Assembly: GCA_965246715.1 (NCBI GenBank)
Contig: CBDFFH010000051.1
Coordinates: 64,001 to 128,000 of the forward strand
DNA length: 64,000 bases
Source of the DNA: Chamaesiphon sp.
GTDB lineage: Bacteria > Cyanobacteriota > Cyanobacteriia > Cyanobacteriales > Chamaesiphonaceae
Direction of reading: 5' to 3'
Part shown: positions 30,708 through 41,399 of the stretch, piece after piece
Layout of the letters: the number at the start of each line of letters is the position of its first letter
Position numbering within the stretch: position 1 is the stretch's first letter
Notes under the pieces: model-generated
Seen by the model: the letters and a program-made list of their open reading frames with translations, nothing else
Told to the model about the DNA's origin: nothing
Databases searched by the model: none
Program-made: the position numbers and the translations under genes

Positions 30708-31382
30708 ATGATAGAAGCGATCGCCCATAATATCGAAACTATTCGCCGCGACTTACCACCGACAGTAAGATTGATGGCAGTTAGCAAGCAAGTATCTGCT
30801 AGCGCGATTCGAGCGGCATATGCGACGGGGATCCGAGACTTTGGTGAGAGTCAGATTCAAGAAGCCGAGCGAAAACAACAAGAATTAGCCGACTTACCAG
30901 ATCTGTGTTGGCATCTGATCGGCCACTTGCAGGGGAATAAGGTGCGCAAAGCCTTACAGCTGTTTGACTGGATTCATTCTGTCGATAGTCTCAAACTAGC
31001 CGAGCGAATCGATCGAGTCGCCCTAGAACTAGGGATCGAGCCAAAAATCTGTCTGCAAGTAAAAATATTGCCCGATCCTGACAAGTATGGCTGGAGTATT
31101 CCAGAGCTGCTCGCAGACTTACCGCAGCTTCAGCGCTATCATCAGTTGGAGATTTGTGGCTTGATGGCAATTCCCCCACTAGGTTTAAGCGTGACTCAAG
31201 TACGGGAACTGTTCGATCGCACCAAAGCTCTTAGTGCCGAGATCGCTAGCCAAACGGGGAACCAGATCCAGATCTCGGAATTATCGATGGGGATGTCAGG
31301 TGACTATCTACAAGCAGTCGCAGCAGGAGCGACGATTATTCGGCTGGGTAGCATTATTTTCGGGGATCGCATCAAGGAATGA
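30708..31382 (+). CDS. pipY: PLP homeostasis protein (YggS/PipY)
   Basis: LMAVSK, FGES, WHLIGHLQGNK, LSMGMSGDY, IRLGS. Confidence 0.93.
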   Translation: MIEAIAHNIETIRRDLPPTVRLMAVSKQVSASAIRAAYATGIRDFGESQIQEAERKQQELADLPDLCWHLIGHLQGNKVRKALQLFDWIHSVDSLKLAERIDRVALELGIEPKICLQVKILPDPDKYGWSIPELLADLPQLQRYHQLEICGLMAIPPLGLSVTQVRELFDRTKALSAEIASQTGNQIQISELSMGMSGDYLQAVAAGATIIRLGSIIFGDRIKE

Positions 31383-32315
31383 AAATCGCTCGTTATCGAT
31401 CGTTACATAGTGTTAATTAATATTGTCAAATTGAATTTATGGCGACCGAATGGCTCTAAGCTATGCACTGAATATTCGATACTAGATTTGCCCGATCGGT
31501 TGTGGTGCCACTGTTGTCACAGTTCTAGTGACTCGCTCTTTGGTTCGGTCACACCAGTGGCGAAGCGCGACAGACACGTTGAAACCACATTAATGTTGGA
31601 AAATCAGTGACAAGTCGAGCTTTCATCGCCGATCGGTGCTACTGGCAACAGGTCTGGCTCCTCAGCGAAAAACTACATAGCTATTTTCTAATGATGCATA
31701 TATAACTCGAAAAGTAAATTTACGAGGTATTTATTTAATTGATGTTAATTAAAACAGAGTATTTAACTACTGATGATTTTTCATTGATTAAAATGCTGAA
31801 GTTATGTTAAGCAATGCAGTGTAAATCGGCTGTTACACCTGCTCTGTAGGTATAATCGCCAGGTTTGGCTCGATTGCTGTCTGCGACCATCAGCCATGCT
31901 GACGTAAAATTTTCCACGTTGCAGCCACTAATTCGTGTTACTCTATATATCAGCATTTTGTACTATCCCGATCGGCGATCGGACAGGGCATGGTCGAAAA
32001 ATTGATAGTTAATCTAAGCATAATGGCGGAATATTAGTGATAACCGCACACAAGCAGGTAGATATTCACCTCTCAACAGGTTTTCTTAATATTTGCAGTT
32101 TTTGTGATATTATCCTTAACAGATTTAGGCAAAGTCAGTGTATTCATACTGCCCAAGCAAAAAAGTCACCGCGTTCGGCACGTTTATATAGTAGTAATCG
32201 ATTGGGTAACAACTGACGACTGTTTGAAGTCTCGAACTAGTCTTCAGCAAGGAGTTAGGGTCGGATTTCAAAGTCAAAAAAAGCATCTAACCACAGGGCG
32301 CAGGAGTAGTTAAAG

Positions 32316-32891
32316 GTGAACGTTTTAAACAAATTCAAAGATTTCATGGGTCTCAACGAAGAGTACAGTGATTATGACGAGACGGACGATGCGTATCGCG
32401 GCGAATATCCATTGCCAGAACCGATGTTGCCGCAGCCGCTCGAAGAAGAGCGTCGCATCCCCCGCCGGACTACTGTAGATAGATCGCAGAGTGCAAGCAA
32501 AATGAATAATGTCGTGGGAATTGGAGTTATGCACGGGGTATCAGAAATGGTGCTGATCGAACCCCGCTCGTTTGAAGAAATGCCTCAAGTAATCGATGCA
32601 ATTCGTCAGAGAAAATCGGTTATTTTAAATATGACCTTGATCCGTCAAGAAGAAGCCCAGCGCTCGGTTGATTTTGTAGCTGGTGGGACTTATGCGATCG
32701 ACGGTCATTACGAACGTATTGGCGATAACATCTTCCTGTTTACCCCAAATTGCGTTCAGGTAAGTACGCCCAACCAAGTCATTCATGAAGGAGTCGAGCG
32801 CCCCGCAGCGCCTCAAACCACGCGGAGCAATCGCACGACAGAACGCTCGATCCCAACTTGGGGTGATGATGCGATTCATGCAGCTCAGTAG
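32316..32891 (+). CDS. sepF: Cell division protein SepF
   Basis: EPRSFEE, AQRSVDFVAGGTYAIDG, IFLFTP. Confidence 0.93.
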   Translation: MNVLNKFKDFMGLNEEYSDYDETDDAYRGEYPLPEPMLPQPLEEERRIPRRTTVDRSQSASKMNNVVGIGVMHGVSEMVLIEPRSFEEMPQVIDAIRQRKSVILNMTLIRQEEAQRSVDFVAGGTYAIDGHYERIGDNIFLFTPNCVQVSTPNQVIHEGVERPAAPQTTRSNRTTERSIPTWGDDAIHAAQ

Positions 32892-32944
32892 AGGCGATCG
32901 CGGTTGAGTTAGCTCCTAAGGCTTTCACTTGGTGAAAGTAATAT

Positions 32945-33748
32945 ATGTCTATCAAAATAGGTGCGATCGGGGGCGGGGTAATGGGTTCGGCCATTTTGTC
33001 CCGCTTACTCGATCGTGGTGTTTATCAAAGTAACGAAATAATTGTTAGCGATCCGACCCTCCAGCAGCGGGAATTACTCCAGCACGAATATGGAGTGCAG
33101 GTAACCGCTGATAATAATTTGGCGGCGACAGCTCCAGTATTACTGCTGGCGATCAAGCCGCAAATTTTCGATCGGGTAATTGCCGATTTAGCTCGACCGT
33201 TGCCAGCACAGTTGGTCATCTCGATCCTCGCAGGAGTGAGTCTCGATCGACTAGAACGCGCACTGCCCGATCGGGCGATCGTCCGCGCGATGCCAAATAC
33301 CCCAGCGACAGTCGGCGCGGCGATGACTGCCATCGCCGCAGGTGCGCGCGTGGGTGAGGGCGATTTAGCCTTAGCCACCCAGATTTTTCAGGCGATCGGC
33401 GAAGTCGTCACCGTGCCAGAATCCTTGATGGATGCTGTTACTGGCTTATCCGGTTCGGGGCCAGCTTATATTGCCATTGCGATCGAAGCGCTATCAGATG
33501 GTGGGGTTGCCGCTGGTCTCCCCCGGGCGATTGCCGATCGACTGGCGTTGCAGACCGTCTTAGGTACCGCACAGCTCCTCAAAGAATCAAACCTTCACCC
33601 CGCCCAATTAAAAGATCGCGTTACGAGTCCCGGTGGGACGACAATTGCTGGAGTGACCCAGTTAGAACGCTCGGGTTTTCGGGCTGCTCTGATTGAAGCC
33701 GTAATCGCAGCAGCGCAGAGATCGCAGGATTTAGGGAAAAGCGGGTAA
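32945..33748 (+). CDS. proC: Pyrroline-5-carboxylate reductase
   Basis: IGGGVMG, RAMPNTP, SGSGPAY, VTSPGGTT. Confidence 0.96.
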   Translation: MSIKIGAIGGGVMGSAILSRLLDRGVYQSNEIIVSDPTLQQRELLQHEYGVQVTADNNLAATAPVLLLAIKPQIFDRVIADLARPLPAQLVISILAGVSLDRLERALPDRAIVRAMPNTPATVGAAMTAIAAGARVGEGDLALATQIFQAIGEVVTVPESLMDAVTGLSGSGPAYIAIAIEALSDGGVAAGLPRAIADRLALQTVLGTAQLLKESNLHPAQLKDRVTSPGGTTIAGVTQLERSGFRAALIEAVIAAAQRSQDLGKSG

Positions 33749-33779
33749 GGAATAAGAATTAAATAACTTACAATTCCTC

Positions 33780-33916
33780 CTTTGGTAGGGGCAATGTCTT
33801 GTCTCGCTTTTTACGTCGGGGAACAAAGGCGTGCGCGAGCCGCTGTCTTGTCGGTTTTTTTATTCGGAGGTTCCCTCCGAATAAAACCGCCGCTTCATGA
33901 ATTGCCCCTACCAAAG
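33780..33916. repeat. REP-like palindrome GTAGGGGCAAT|TCATGAATTGCCCCTAC interrupted by two tandem ~50-bp elements
   Basis: Inserts 33796-33844 and 33845-33894, each GTCTTGTC...GCCGCT. Confidence 0.8.
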
Positions 33917-34074
33917 ATTGGGGTAAGCGTAGATCGGCATCTTATTAAATCCTCATTCTTAAGTAAGTTTGGGAACAGTAGGCGCGAGGGCATTTACTGG
34001 AGTTGCAACAGTACTCATATCTTCAGACTACAATATTACCTGCAGCCACCGCTCTCTATCCATATCTCTAGCAC

Positions 34075-35271
34075 ATGGCCTCTAATTCCAACGTAAGGCG
34101 GAGATCTCAGTCTAATTCGGCTCAAAAATCAACAGCCAACTATGCTCGCGCCGTTGGTGAAGCCGCCGTGCGAAGACAGACTCTACGCGACCGGAACGAG
34201 CAGCGCCAGCCGTTGCATGAAGCCGAGCGTATGGGATCGGTATTTATTTATGTAGTGAGACTGATTATTTTGGGTCTGGGTGCCAGCGCGATTGCGGGTA
34301 CGACAATCGCGATCGTCACTCCGCCCAAACCGCAAGCCACCCAGAGTCCATCGCCACCACCGCAGGATAAATTACCAGCTGAGGGGTTCGATAGCATCAA
34401 ATTAACTCGATCGAGTCCCGAACTAACCGTTTTGCTACAAGCTCTGGGTCAGAAAAATCGTAAATTAGCGGCAAATTATTTATTTGTCGATTTAGATAAT
34501 GGTGAATATGCAGCGGCTGGTGCCGATCGAGTTTTTCCGGCGGCTAGTACGATTAAATTACCGATTTTAATTGCTTTATTTCAGGATATCGATCGGCACA
34601 AAGTTCAATTAGCCGAACAACTGACAATCGATCGAAAATCGATTGCCGAGGGTTCTGGGGATTTACAAGATCGCCCACTGGGATCGAAAGTGAGCGTGCT
34701 CGTTGCCGCGACCAAAATGATGACGATCAGCGATAATACCGCTACAAATCTCATCATCGAGCGGTTAGGCGGTAAATTGGCTCTTAACGAACGGTTCCGG
34801 ACTTGGGGACTTAAAGTGACCGCGATTAATAACCGACTCCCAGATTTAGAGGGGAAAAATGTCAGTACGGCCAGCGAATTGGCCCGAACGATCGCGGCTA
34901 TCGAGCGCGGTAAGATCGTGTCGGACGCTGCCCGGAGCCAAATGTTGCAGATGATGAGCAAAACTTCCCGCAATACCATGCTCCCCCAAGGCTTGGGCAA
35001 GGATGCCAAAATCGCGCATAAAACTGGCGACATCGGCAACGCGATCGCGGATGTCGGCTCGATCGCGCTACCCTCTGGTAAAATTTATATCGCGGCAGTC
35101 CTGGTCGAACGTCCATATAACGACCCTGCTGGCCCCGAACTAGTGCGGAAGATGTCCAAAATTGCCTATCAACATTTTCTCCAGCAACAGTCCACTACTA
35201 CTGCTGTGCCGACTCCGACAATCTCGATCGATCCGAGATTTCCGAAAACAGTTTTCATTAGGAAGAATTAG
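34075..35271 (+). CDS. Class A beta-lactamase-like serine hydrolase, membrane anchored
   Basis: SxxK (ASTIK), SDN and HKTG motifs; N-terminal TM segment. Confidence 0.9.
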   Translation: MASNSNVRRRSQSNSAQKSTANYARAVGEAAVRRQTLRDRNEQRQPLHEAERMGSVFIYVVRLIILGLGASAIAGTTIAIVTPPKPQATQSPSPPPQDKLPAEGFDSIKLTRSSPELTVLLQALGQKNRKLAANYLFVDLDNGEYAAAGADRVFPAASTIKLPILIALFQDIDRHKVQLAEQLTIDRKSIAEGSGDLQDRPLGSKVSVLVAATKMMTISDNTATNLIIERLGGKLALNERFRTWGLKVTAINNRLPDLEGKNVSTASELARTIAAIERGKIVSDAARSQMLQMMSKTSRNTMLPQGLGKDAKIAHKTGDIGNAIADVGSIALPSGKIYIAAVLVERPYNDPAGPELVRKMSKIAYQHFLQQQSTTTAVPTPTISIDPRFPKTVFIRKN

Positions 35272-35422
35272 TGGCTAGTAACTAGTGACTAGTGACTAGT
35301 TAACAGTAAAGTGCCTCTTAATTAGTGAGTATGGTTATTCGTTAGTTAATAGTAAAGTAGTTAGGGACTGGTATCTAGCAAAATGCTCCGTCGTGTGCGC
35401 TTGCGCGTAAAACTTCCGTTTG

Positions 35423-35460
<38 letters not shown>

Positions 35461-35465
35461 TTTAT

Positions 35466-36146
35466 ATGCATTTATTAATCCCCGCTGCTGGTATGGGAAA
35501 ACGCATGGGTAGCGATCGGAATAAGCTGCTGGTCACGCTCCTCGATAAACCATTATTAGCTTGGACTTTAATGGCAGTAGAACGCGCCAGCTCGATTAGT
35601 TGGGTGGGGATTATCGGACAGCCAGAAGATCGAGCCGAGATCGAGCAGATCGTCAGCAACATATCGCTATCCAAACCCGTCGAGTTTATCCTAGGAGGTG
35701 CTACCCGTCAAGAATCAGTTTATAACGGGTTACAGGGATTGCCAGCAGCAGCGGAACGGGTATTGATTCACGATGGTGCCAGGTGTTTAGCGACACCAGA
35801 TCTATTCGATCGATGTGCTACGATCTTGGCTACATGTCCGGGCTTAATCGCTGCAATTTCCGTAAAAGACACAATCAAAGTTGTAGATGAGTTAGGAATA
35901 GTTCGAGATACACCCGATCGAGCTAATTTATGGGCCGCCCAGACCCCACAAGGGTTTGAAGTCAAATTACTCAAAGCTTGCCACGATCGCGGACGTGCTT
36001 TGGGTTGGGAAGTGACTGATGATGCCGCATTATTTGAAAAATGCGATTTACCTGTCAAAATTGTCCGAGGTGAAGAAACTAACCTCAAAATCACTACCCC
36101 TGTAGATCTAGCGATCGCTACCTTTATTCTGCAGGGATTAACATAA
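35466..36146 (+). CDS. ispD: 2-C-methyl-D-erythritol 4-phosphate cytidylyltransferase
   Basis: PAAGMGKRMG, RQESV, IHDGAR, AQTPQGF, TDDA, NLKITTP. Confidence 0.96.
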   Translation: MHLLIPAAGMGKRMGSDRNKLLVTLLDKPLLAWTLMAVERASSISWVGIIGQPEDRAEIEQIVSNISLSKPVEFILGGATRQESVYNGLQGLPAAAERVLIHDGARCLATPDLFDRCATILATCPGLIAAISVKDTIKVVDELGIVRDTPDRANLWAAQTPQGFEVKLLKACHDRGRALGWEVTDDAALFEKCDLPVKIVRGEETNLKITTPVDLAIATFILQGLT

Positions 36147-36173
36147 CTCATCATTCACACTCGATCGATCCGT

Positions 36174-36773
36174 ATGAACCTGGGGAAATTTTTCACTCGC
36201 GTTGGTATTGCCGTCATTACTGTACTCGGCACGCATATTCCCCTTCAAGCAAGCGAGCTGGGGCCAGAAATAGTTTTGAAATCCGTGTATGCTGGATTGC
36301 GTCAAGTAGATACCACGCGCTCCAATCCTAGAGTGCGGTGGAATGTAGCCAATGGTACGTCCAGTCCCTGTGGGCGAGTTTCGGGCAGCTTATATTGTCC
36401 GCGCAGCAATACGATTTATATTACCAAGCAGCATCTCCAAATGGCTTATCAATATGGTGATGCGGCGTTGGCGTATATTCTCACTCATGAATACGCTCAT
36501 GCAGCTCAGACAGTGGGCGGATTTAGGCCCAGCACGATTACCAAAATCGAACTTCAGGCTGATTGCTTGGCGGGGTTTTATATGGGTGCGATGCCAAATG
36601 TAACGTTTGATCGAAACGATATCGAGCAGATCGCCTCTTTGGCTTACCAGATCGGTGACTATGAATTTAATAACCGCCAGCATCATGGCACGCCAGAACA
36701 ACGTTCTCAAGCTGTGTTATTAGGCTTTCAAGCATCCCAGCAAAATGGAATTGTTGCTTGTCAAATGCAGTAG
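36174..36773 (+). CDS. Neutral zinc metallopeptidase (YpfJ-like), secreted
   Basis: YCP, HEYAH, ELQADCLAG, HGTPEQR motifs; signal peptide. Confidence 0.85.
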   Translation: MNLGKFFTRVGIAVITVLGTHIPLQASELGPEIVLKSVYAGLRQVDTTRSNPRVRWNVANGTSSPCGRVSGSLYCPRSNTIYITKQHLQMAYQYGDAALAYILTHEYAHAAQTVGGFRPSTITKIELQADCLAGFYMGAMPNVTFDRNDIEQIASLAYQIGDYEFNNRQHHGTPEQRSQAVLLGFQASQQNGIVACQMQ

Positions 36774-37030
36774 TTATTAGTAGCTAATGACTACTGACTA
36801 GGGGATTTGTGGCGTTCGATTTAACTATTAGTGCAGATTAGCTGAAAATCTTTAATTGGTACCCATTATTGGTACTATTGATGATGCTGATATCGATCTT
36901 ACAGAACGTTACCGCAATTTAGCATCCCCCAATTTAAGTATTATCCCTACCAAAAAATATTTGAGCCAATCGGGTAGAAACGTTACCCTATTAATAACTA
37001 CTATTAATTTATTGACGAGGCAAAAACAAA

Positions 37031-38047
37031 TTGGAAACTCAAACTAAATCGCCAGAGCGGCTGCAGTGGATAACATTAGATTCGGCGATCGCTGCTAGCG
37101 ATAATGGTAATGATGTGATTCAAGGTTTGAGGCAAAATCCGAAAACTTTACCCTGTCGGTATTTTTATGACGATCGTGGTTCCGAATTATTCGAGCAAAT
37201 TACCGATTTACCCGAATATTATCCCACCCGTACCGAACAATCGATCCTCGAAACTTACGCTACCGAAATTGTGGGACTGACTAGGGCTTGCGAACTAATC
37301 GAGCTAGGGAGTGGTAGCTCTCGCAAAACGCATATTTTACTCGAAGCTTACAGCAAACTCGACAGTCCGCTGCACTATTACCCGATCGATGTCAGTGCTG
37401 GTATTCTCCGCACTACCGCACTAGATTTATTAGATCGCTATCCCAAGTTAAACGTTTGTGGCTTGGCAGGTACCTATGAACAAGCACTCGCACAGCTACC
37501 GCCACGAGTTATCGAAAACCGGATGGTAATTTTCTTGGGTAGCACGATGGGCAATCTCAAAGATGCCGAGCGCGATTTATTTCTCGATCGAGTCCAACAA
37601 GCACTTCAACCTGGAGAATTCTTCTTATTAGGTGTCGATCTCCAAAAACCGATCGACATTCTCGAAGCCGCTTATAATGACAGCCGAGGCGTTACTGCTG
37701 CTTTTAATCTCAATATTCTCCGCCATCTCAATCAGCGTTTTCGTGGTAATTTTAATCTCGATCGATTCGAGCATGTTGCCTTCTTTAATACCGCTGCCAG
37801 TCGGGTCGAAATGCACCTCAAGAGCCTGGCGCATCAAACAGTTACGCTCAAAGATCTCGATTTAGAGATCGAGCTACAAGCAGGCGAACGAATTCACACC
37901 GAAATTTCGCGAAAATTTCATCTGCCAACGCTCACAAATACCCTCGAATCTCATGCCTTGCAACCGCTAAAAATTTGGACAGATCCGAATACTTGGTTTG
38001 GATTAATTTTATGTCAGCGTCAGTGCTTATCTGGTGATTGTCCATAA
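37031..38047 (+). CDS. egtD: L-histidine N-alpha-methyltransferase (ergothioneine pathway)
   Basis: YFYDDRGSELFEQITDLPEYYPTRTE, ELGSGSS, AYND..GVTAAFN, TEISRKF. Confidence 0.92.
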   Translation: METQTKSPERLQWITLDSAIAASDNGNDVIQGLRQNPKTLPCRYFYDDRGSELFEQITDLPEYYPTRTEQSILETYATEIVGLTRACELIELGSGSSRKTHILLEAYSKLDSPLHYYPIDVSAGILRTTALDLLDRYPKLNVCGLAGTYEQALAQLPPRVIENRMVIFLGSTMGNLKDAERDLFLDRVQQALQPGEFFLLGVDLQKPIDILEAAYNDSRGVTAAFNLNILRHLNQRFRGNFNLDRFEHVAFFNTAASRVEMHLKSLAHQTVTLKDLDLEIELQAGERIHTEISRKFHLPTLTNTLESHALQPLKIWTDPNTWFGLILCQRQCLSGDCP

Positions 38048-38134
38048 AGACGGTGTTATAATTTGGCGAGTTTGAGCGAATCTTCACAAATATCTCTGAC
38101 TTCAGCTCGTCAATTATAATTTTAGACAACGATC

Positions 38135-38968
38135 GTGGCAATATCACTAACAGATTTAAAGCTCAAATTATCTCAGCATCAGCTCGATCGAGATTCATTG
38201 GAAGAACTTTGGGAGGTCGATGGGAATAAAGTCTATGGCTTAACTGTTAATGGTGATGAGGCGATCGAGCTTTGGGAAAAGTTATATCGACTAGTTACCG
38301 AGATTGGTTATTATCCAGTGGTATTGGGCGATCGAGTTGAAGCAGTAGGAATTTCGATCGAGCGAACTCAGTGGGGAAACAATTCTGTCGAGCAAATATT
38401 AGCCCAAGTTGACAGCATCGATGCCGATCGATGGTTCGCCGATACAGCCAGAGCAAGACGAGAAGATTTAGAACAGTGTTGGGCGGAGGAAAAAGAGTAT
38501 TACCCAGATTTTCAGGTGAATAGAGATCCCCTCGATCCGCTCACCCTAGCGGAAATCGGTGAATGGAACGATGAGATCGAATCCGACAATGAATATACCA
38601 TCCCCTTCAATATTAGCAATGGCGAACCATTCGTAAAAGTAGCTATTGCGCTCGTTCCTACCGTAATTAGTTGGCAAGTATTTGCATTTATTAAGTTTGG
38701 TAATTGGAATGCTTGTCCAGCACCAGCAGAGCACATTGCGATCTCCAAAAAATGGCATCAACAATATGGAGCGGAGGTAGCTGGCATTAGTAATGATGTT
38801 GTTGAAATGAGAGTAACTAAACCACCGCTCGAGCGGGATGCAGCATTTGCACTAGCACAAGAACAATATATTTACTGTGAAGATATTGTCAGCCAAGGTA
38901 CTGGGACACTGCTGAAATTAGCGGGTGCTTTACTCGATAGTAAAGTTTGGTATTTTTGGTGGGATTAG
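38135..38968 (+). CDS. DUF4253 domain protein
   Basis: GNWNACP, WHQQYGA, AQEQYIYCEDIV, C-terminal WYFWWD. Confidence 0.82.
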   Translation: MAISLTDLKLKLSQHQLDRDSLEELWEVDGNKVYGLTVNGDEAIELWEKLYRLVTEIGYYPVVLGDRVEAVGISIERTQWGNNSVEQILAQVDSIDADRWFADTARARREDLEQCWAEEKEYYPDFQVNRDPLDPLTLAEIGEWNDEIESDNEYTIPFNISNGEPFVKVAIALVPTVISWQVFAFIKFGNWNACPAPAEHIAISKKWHQQYGAEVAGISNDVVEMRVTKPPLERDAAFALAQEQYIYCEDIVSQGTGTLLKLAGALLDSKVWYFWWD

Positions 38969-39158
38969 GCTCGACGGTAATGAATGCGCGGCTCCTTTAT
39001 TGAATCTGGACTGACAAACTTTGTGAAAAATCATAGTCTAGCCTCGATCGCCTCGCCGCATTTTGTTCTAATCTAGAGGGTAATAAGAAACTAGAGCTAA
39101 GTTAGAGATCCATTACCTAGCTCGATAATATCCCTACATTATCCAGGAGTTCATCAAA

Positions 39159-39482
39159 GTGAGTAGCGTTACCGTCATTAATGACGCACAGTTTAGCAGT
39201 GAAGTTTTAAAGGCAGAACAACCCGTACTAGTCTACCTGTGGGCTGCTTGGTGTGGGCCGTGTCGATTGGTTGCTCCGTCGATCGACTGGATTGCGGCTA
39301 ATTATAGCGATCGAGTTAAGGTTGTGAAGATGGATATCGATAGCAATCCCGAAACTGTCAAAGCCTATAAGGTAGAAGGTGTTCCGGCCATTCGATTGTT
39401 TAAGGGTGAGGAAGTAGTCCACTCTTGCGAAGGGGCAATTACTAAGGATAAATTAGCAACGATGTTAGATAATAATCTGTAG
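39159..39482 (+). CDS. trx: Thioredoxin family protein
   Basis: WCGPC active site; AGGAG RBS. Confidence 0.93.
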   Translation: MSSVTVINDAQFSSEVLKAEQPVLVYLWAAWCGPCRLVAPSIDWIAANYSDRVKVVKMDIDSNPETVKAYKVEGVPAIRLFKGEEVVHSCEGAITKDKLATMLDNNL

Positions 39483-39562
39483 CATTATCGGCCGAAGCCG
39501 CTCCTTGGTAACACACATGCGGAGGAGACCTCCGCGTGTTGGCGCAGCCTCTTCATTAAGTA

Positions 39563-39649
39563 ACGCCAGTTCGGGATAAGAGTTGCCTGGAGACTGGAAA
39601 TCGGTGACGGTGCGGAAGCGAAGCAGATATCCTTAACCCGAACTCACAT
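39563..39649. mobile_element. 87-bp MITE with IS982-type termini
   Basis: ACGCCAGTTCGGGATAAG / CTTAACCCGAACTCACAT; 6-bp TSD TAAGTA. Confidence 0.85.
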
Positions 39650-39764
39650 TAAGTACCCCTCCTGGTGTAGGGTGGGCACTGCCCACCATCTAGGTTTCAG
39701 CCAAAAACAAATAAGTTATGAATTAAGTCAATTCATAACTCATAATTCATAATTCATAATTTCT

Positions 39765-40928
39765 ATGCGGTTCTCCCAACGTCTTCAGCCATTACAATCG
39801 AATGTATTTGCCGATATGGATCGGGCAAAGGGACGCGCGCGGGGACTCGGACAGGAGATTATCGATTTATCATTGGGTTCGTCAGATTTACCGACAGCAC
39901 CCCATGTCATCGCGGCAATACAATCGGCGTTAGCAGATCCGAGGACCCACGGTTATTTGTTATTTAATGGGACGCGGTTGTTTCGAGAGGCAGTCGCAAC
40001 TTGGTACACCAATAAATATGGCATCGCGGTAGATCCAGAGACGGAAGTCTTGCCGCTGATCGGTTCTCAAGAAGGTACGGCTCATTTACCACTGGCAATT
40101 TTGGAGCCAGGGGATATCGCGTTACTAATGGATCCTGGCTATCCTTCTCATGCAGGTGGCGTATATCTAGCTGGGGGCGAAGTCTACCCGATGCCGCTAT
40201 TAGCCGAGAATGGATTCTTACCGGTATTGGGGGATATCCCGGCTTCAGTCCTCGCGAAATCTCGGATGATGGTGTTGAGCTATCCGAACAATCCGACTGC
40301 CGCGATCGCGCCTTTAGCCTTCTTTGAGGAGGCGGTAGCATTCTGTCAGCTACACGATCTCGTACTGGTCCATGATTTCCCGTATGGCGATCTGGTATTT
40401 AGCGATGTGAGCGTGCCCTCGATCTTTCAGGCGGACAGGGACAAAAGTGTCTCGATCGAGTTTTTCACGATGTCTAAGTCCTATAATATGGGCGGCTTTC
40501 GGATCGGTTATGCGATCGGCAATCGTCAATTAATTCAAGCTTTACGCCAAATTAAGGCGGTAGTAGATTTCAATCAATACTTAGGTATTTTACAAGGCGC
40601 GATCGCAGCGCTCACTGGCGACCAAACTCCAGTACATATTACCGTCGATACTTTCAAACAACGTCGCGATACTTTTGTCCGCGCACTCCATGACATCGGT
40701 TGGCAAGTACCCAACCCCGACGCAACGATGTATATCTGGGCAAAGCTGCCCCCACAATGGGCACATAGTTCGATGGAGTTTTGCACCGAGCTAGTCGAGC
40801 AAACGGGGGTAGCGGCGGCTCCTGGTGTTGGATTTGGGAAATGTGGCGAGGGCTACGTGCGGTTTGCTCTGGTACACGAGCCAGCTAAATTACAATTAGC
40901 AGTCGATCGGATCGCAAAATTCCTATAG
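39765..40928 (+). CDS. PLP-dependent class I/II aminotransferase (LL-DAP aminotransferase-like)
   Basis: SYPNNPT, HDFPY, TMSKSYNMGGFRIG, GEGYVRFAL. Confidence 0.88.
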   Translation: MRFSQRLQPLQSNVFADMDRAKGRARGLGQEIIDLSLGSSDLPTAPHVIAAIQSALADPRTHGYLLFNGTRLFREAVATWYTNKYGIAVDPETEVLPLIGSQEGTAHLPLAILEPGDIALLMDPGYPSHAGGVYLAGGEVYPMPLLAENGFLPVLGDIPASVLAKSRMMVLSYPNNPTAAIAPLAFFEEAVAFCQLHDLVLVHDFPYGDLVFSDVSVPSIFQADRDKSVSIEFFTMSKSYNMGGFRIGYAIGNRQLIQALRQIKAVVDFNQYLGILQGAIAALTGDQTPVHITVDTFKQRRDTFVRALHDIGWQVPNPDATMYIWAKLPPQWAHSSMEFCTELVEQTGVAAAPGVGFGKCGEGYVRFALVHEPAKLQLAVDRIAKFL

Positions 40929-41399
40929 TCTCAGATCTTGTAGAGACGTTCGGTATTTCTGTCCCGATGACCGAATGCGATGCGTCGATATATCCGATAT
41001 CTGTTGTGCGATTGCCGATCGTCAAAATCGAATATAAGAGCTAAGATCGTGGGGGATAAAGCAAATAAATCTATAATTACAACTTGCACATTATTTGTAA
41101 TTTCGATCGACACAGCAAAGATTAGTACTCCGAATGAATCCATATCAAATCTTTCAGACAACCAATCGAGAACGCGTGAGCGATGGTAAGGTCGTCCCGA
41201 TTTTGAGTGAGTGCGAATCGGCTCAGCAATTACTAATTTAATGGTATCGATTGGGTAAATCGCTTTGGGCGGTGGTAGAGAGTATGCAAATTACAACCAG
41301 CGATCTAGAACACACCCACCGAGTCACATGAAGGCTATAATCCAGTCATACAGTAGGTTTATACGCTGTCGCTCCTGCATACTTATTCCGGTGACTCCC

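Noticed and set aside
31819..31838. NtcA box upstream of sepF
   Set aside because: Spacing is GTA-N10-TAC, not the canonical N8
34075..35271. Acquired antibiotic-resistance beta-lactamase
   Set aside because: Membrane-anchored cyanobacterial serine hydrolase in a core context, with host-like HIP1 density and no mobile flanks
40931..41399. Small ORFs between the aminotransferase and the secreted protein
   Set aside because: No RBS, motif or coding-like composition could be supported
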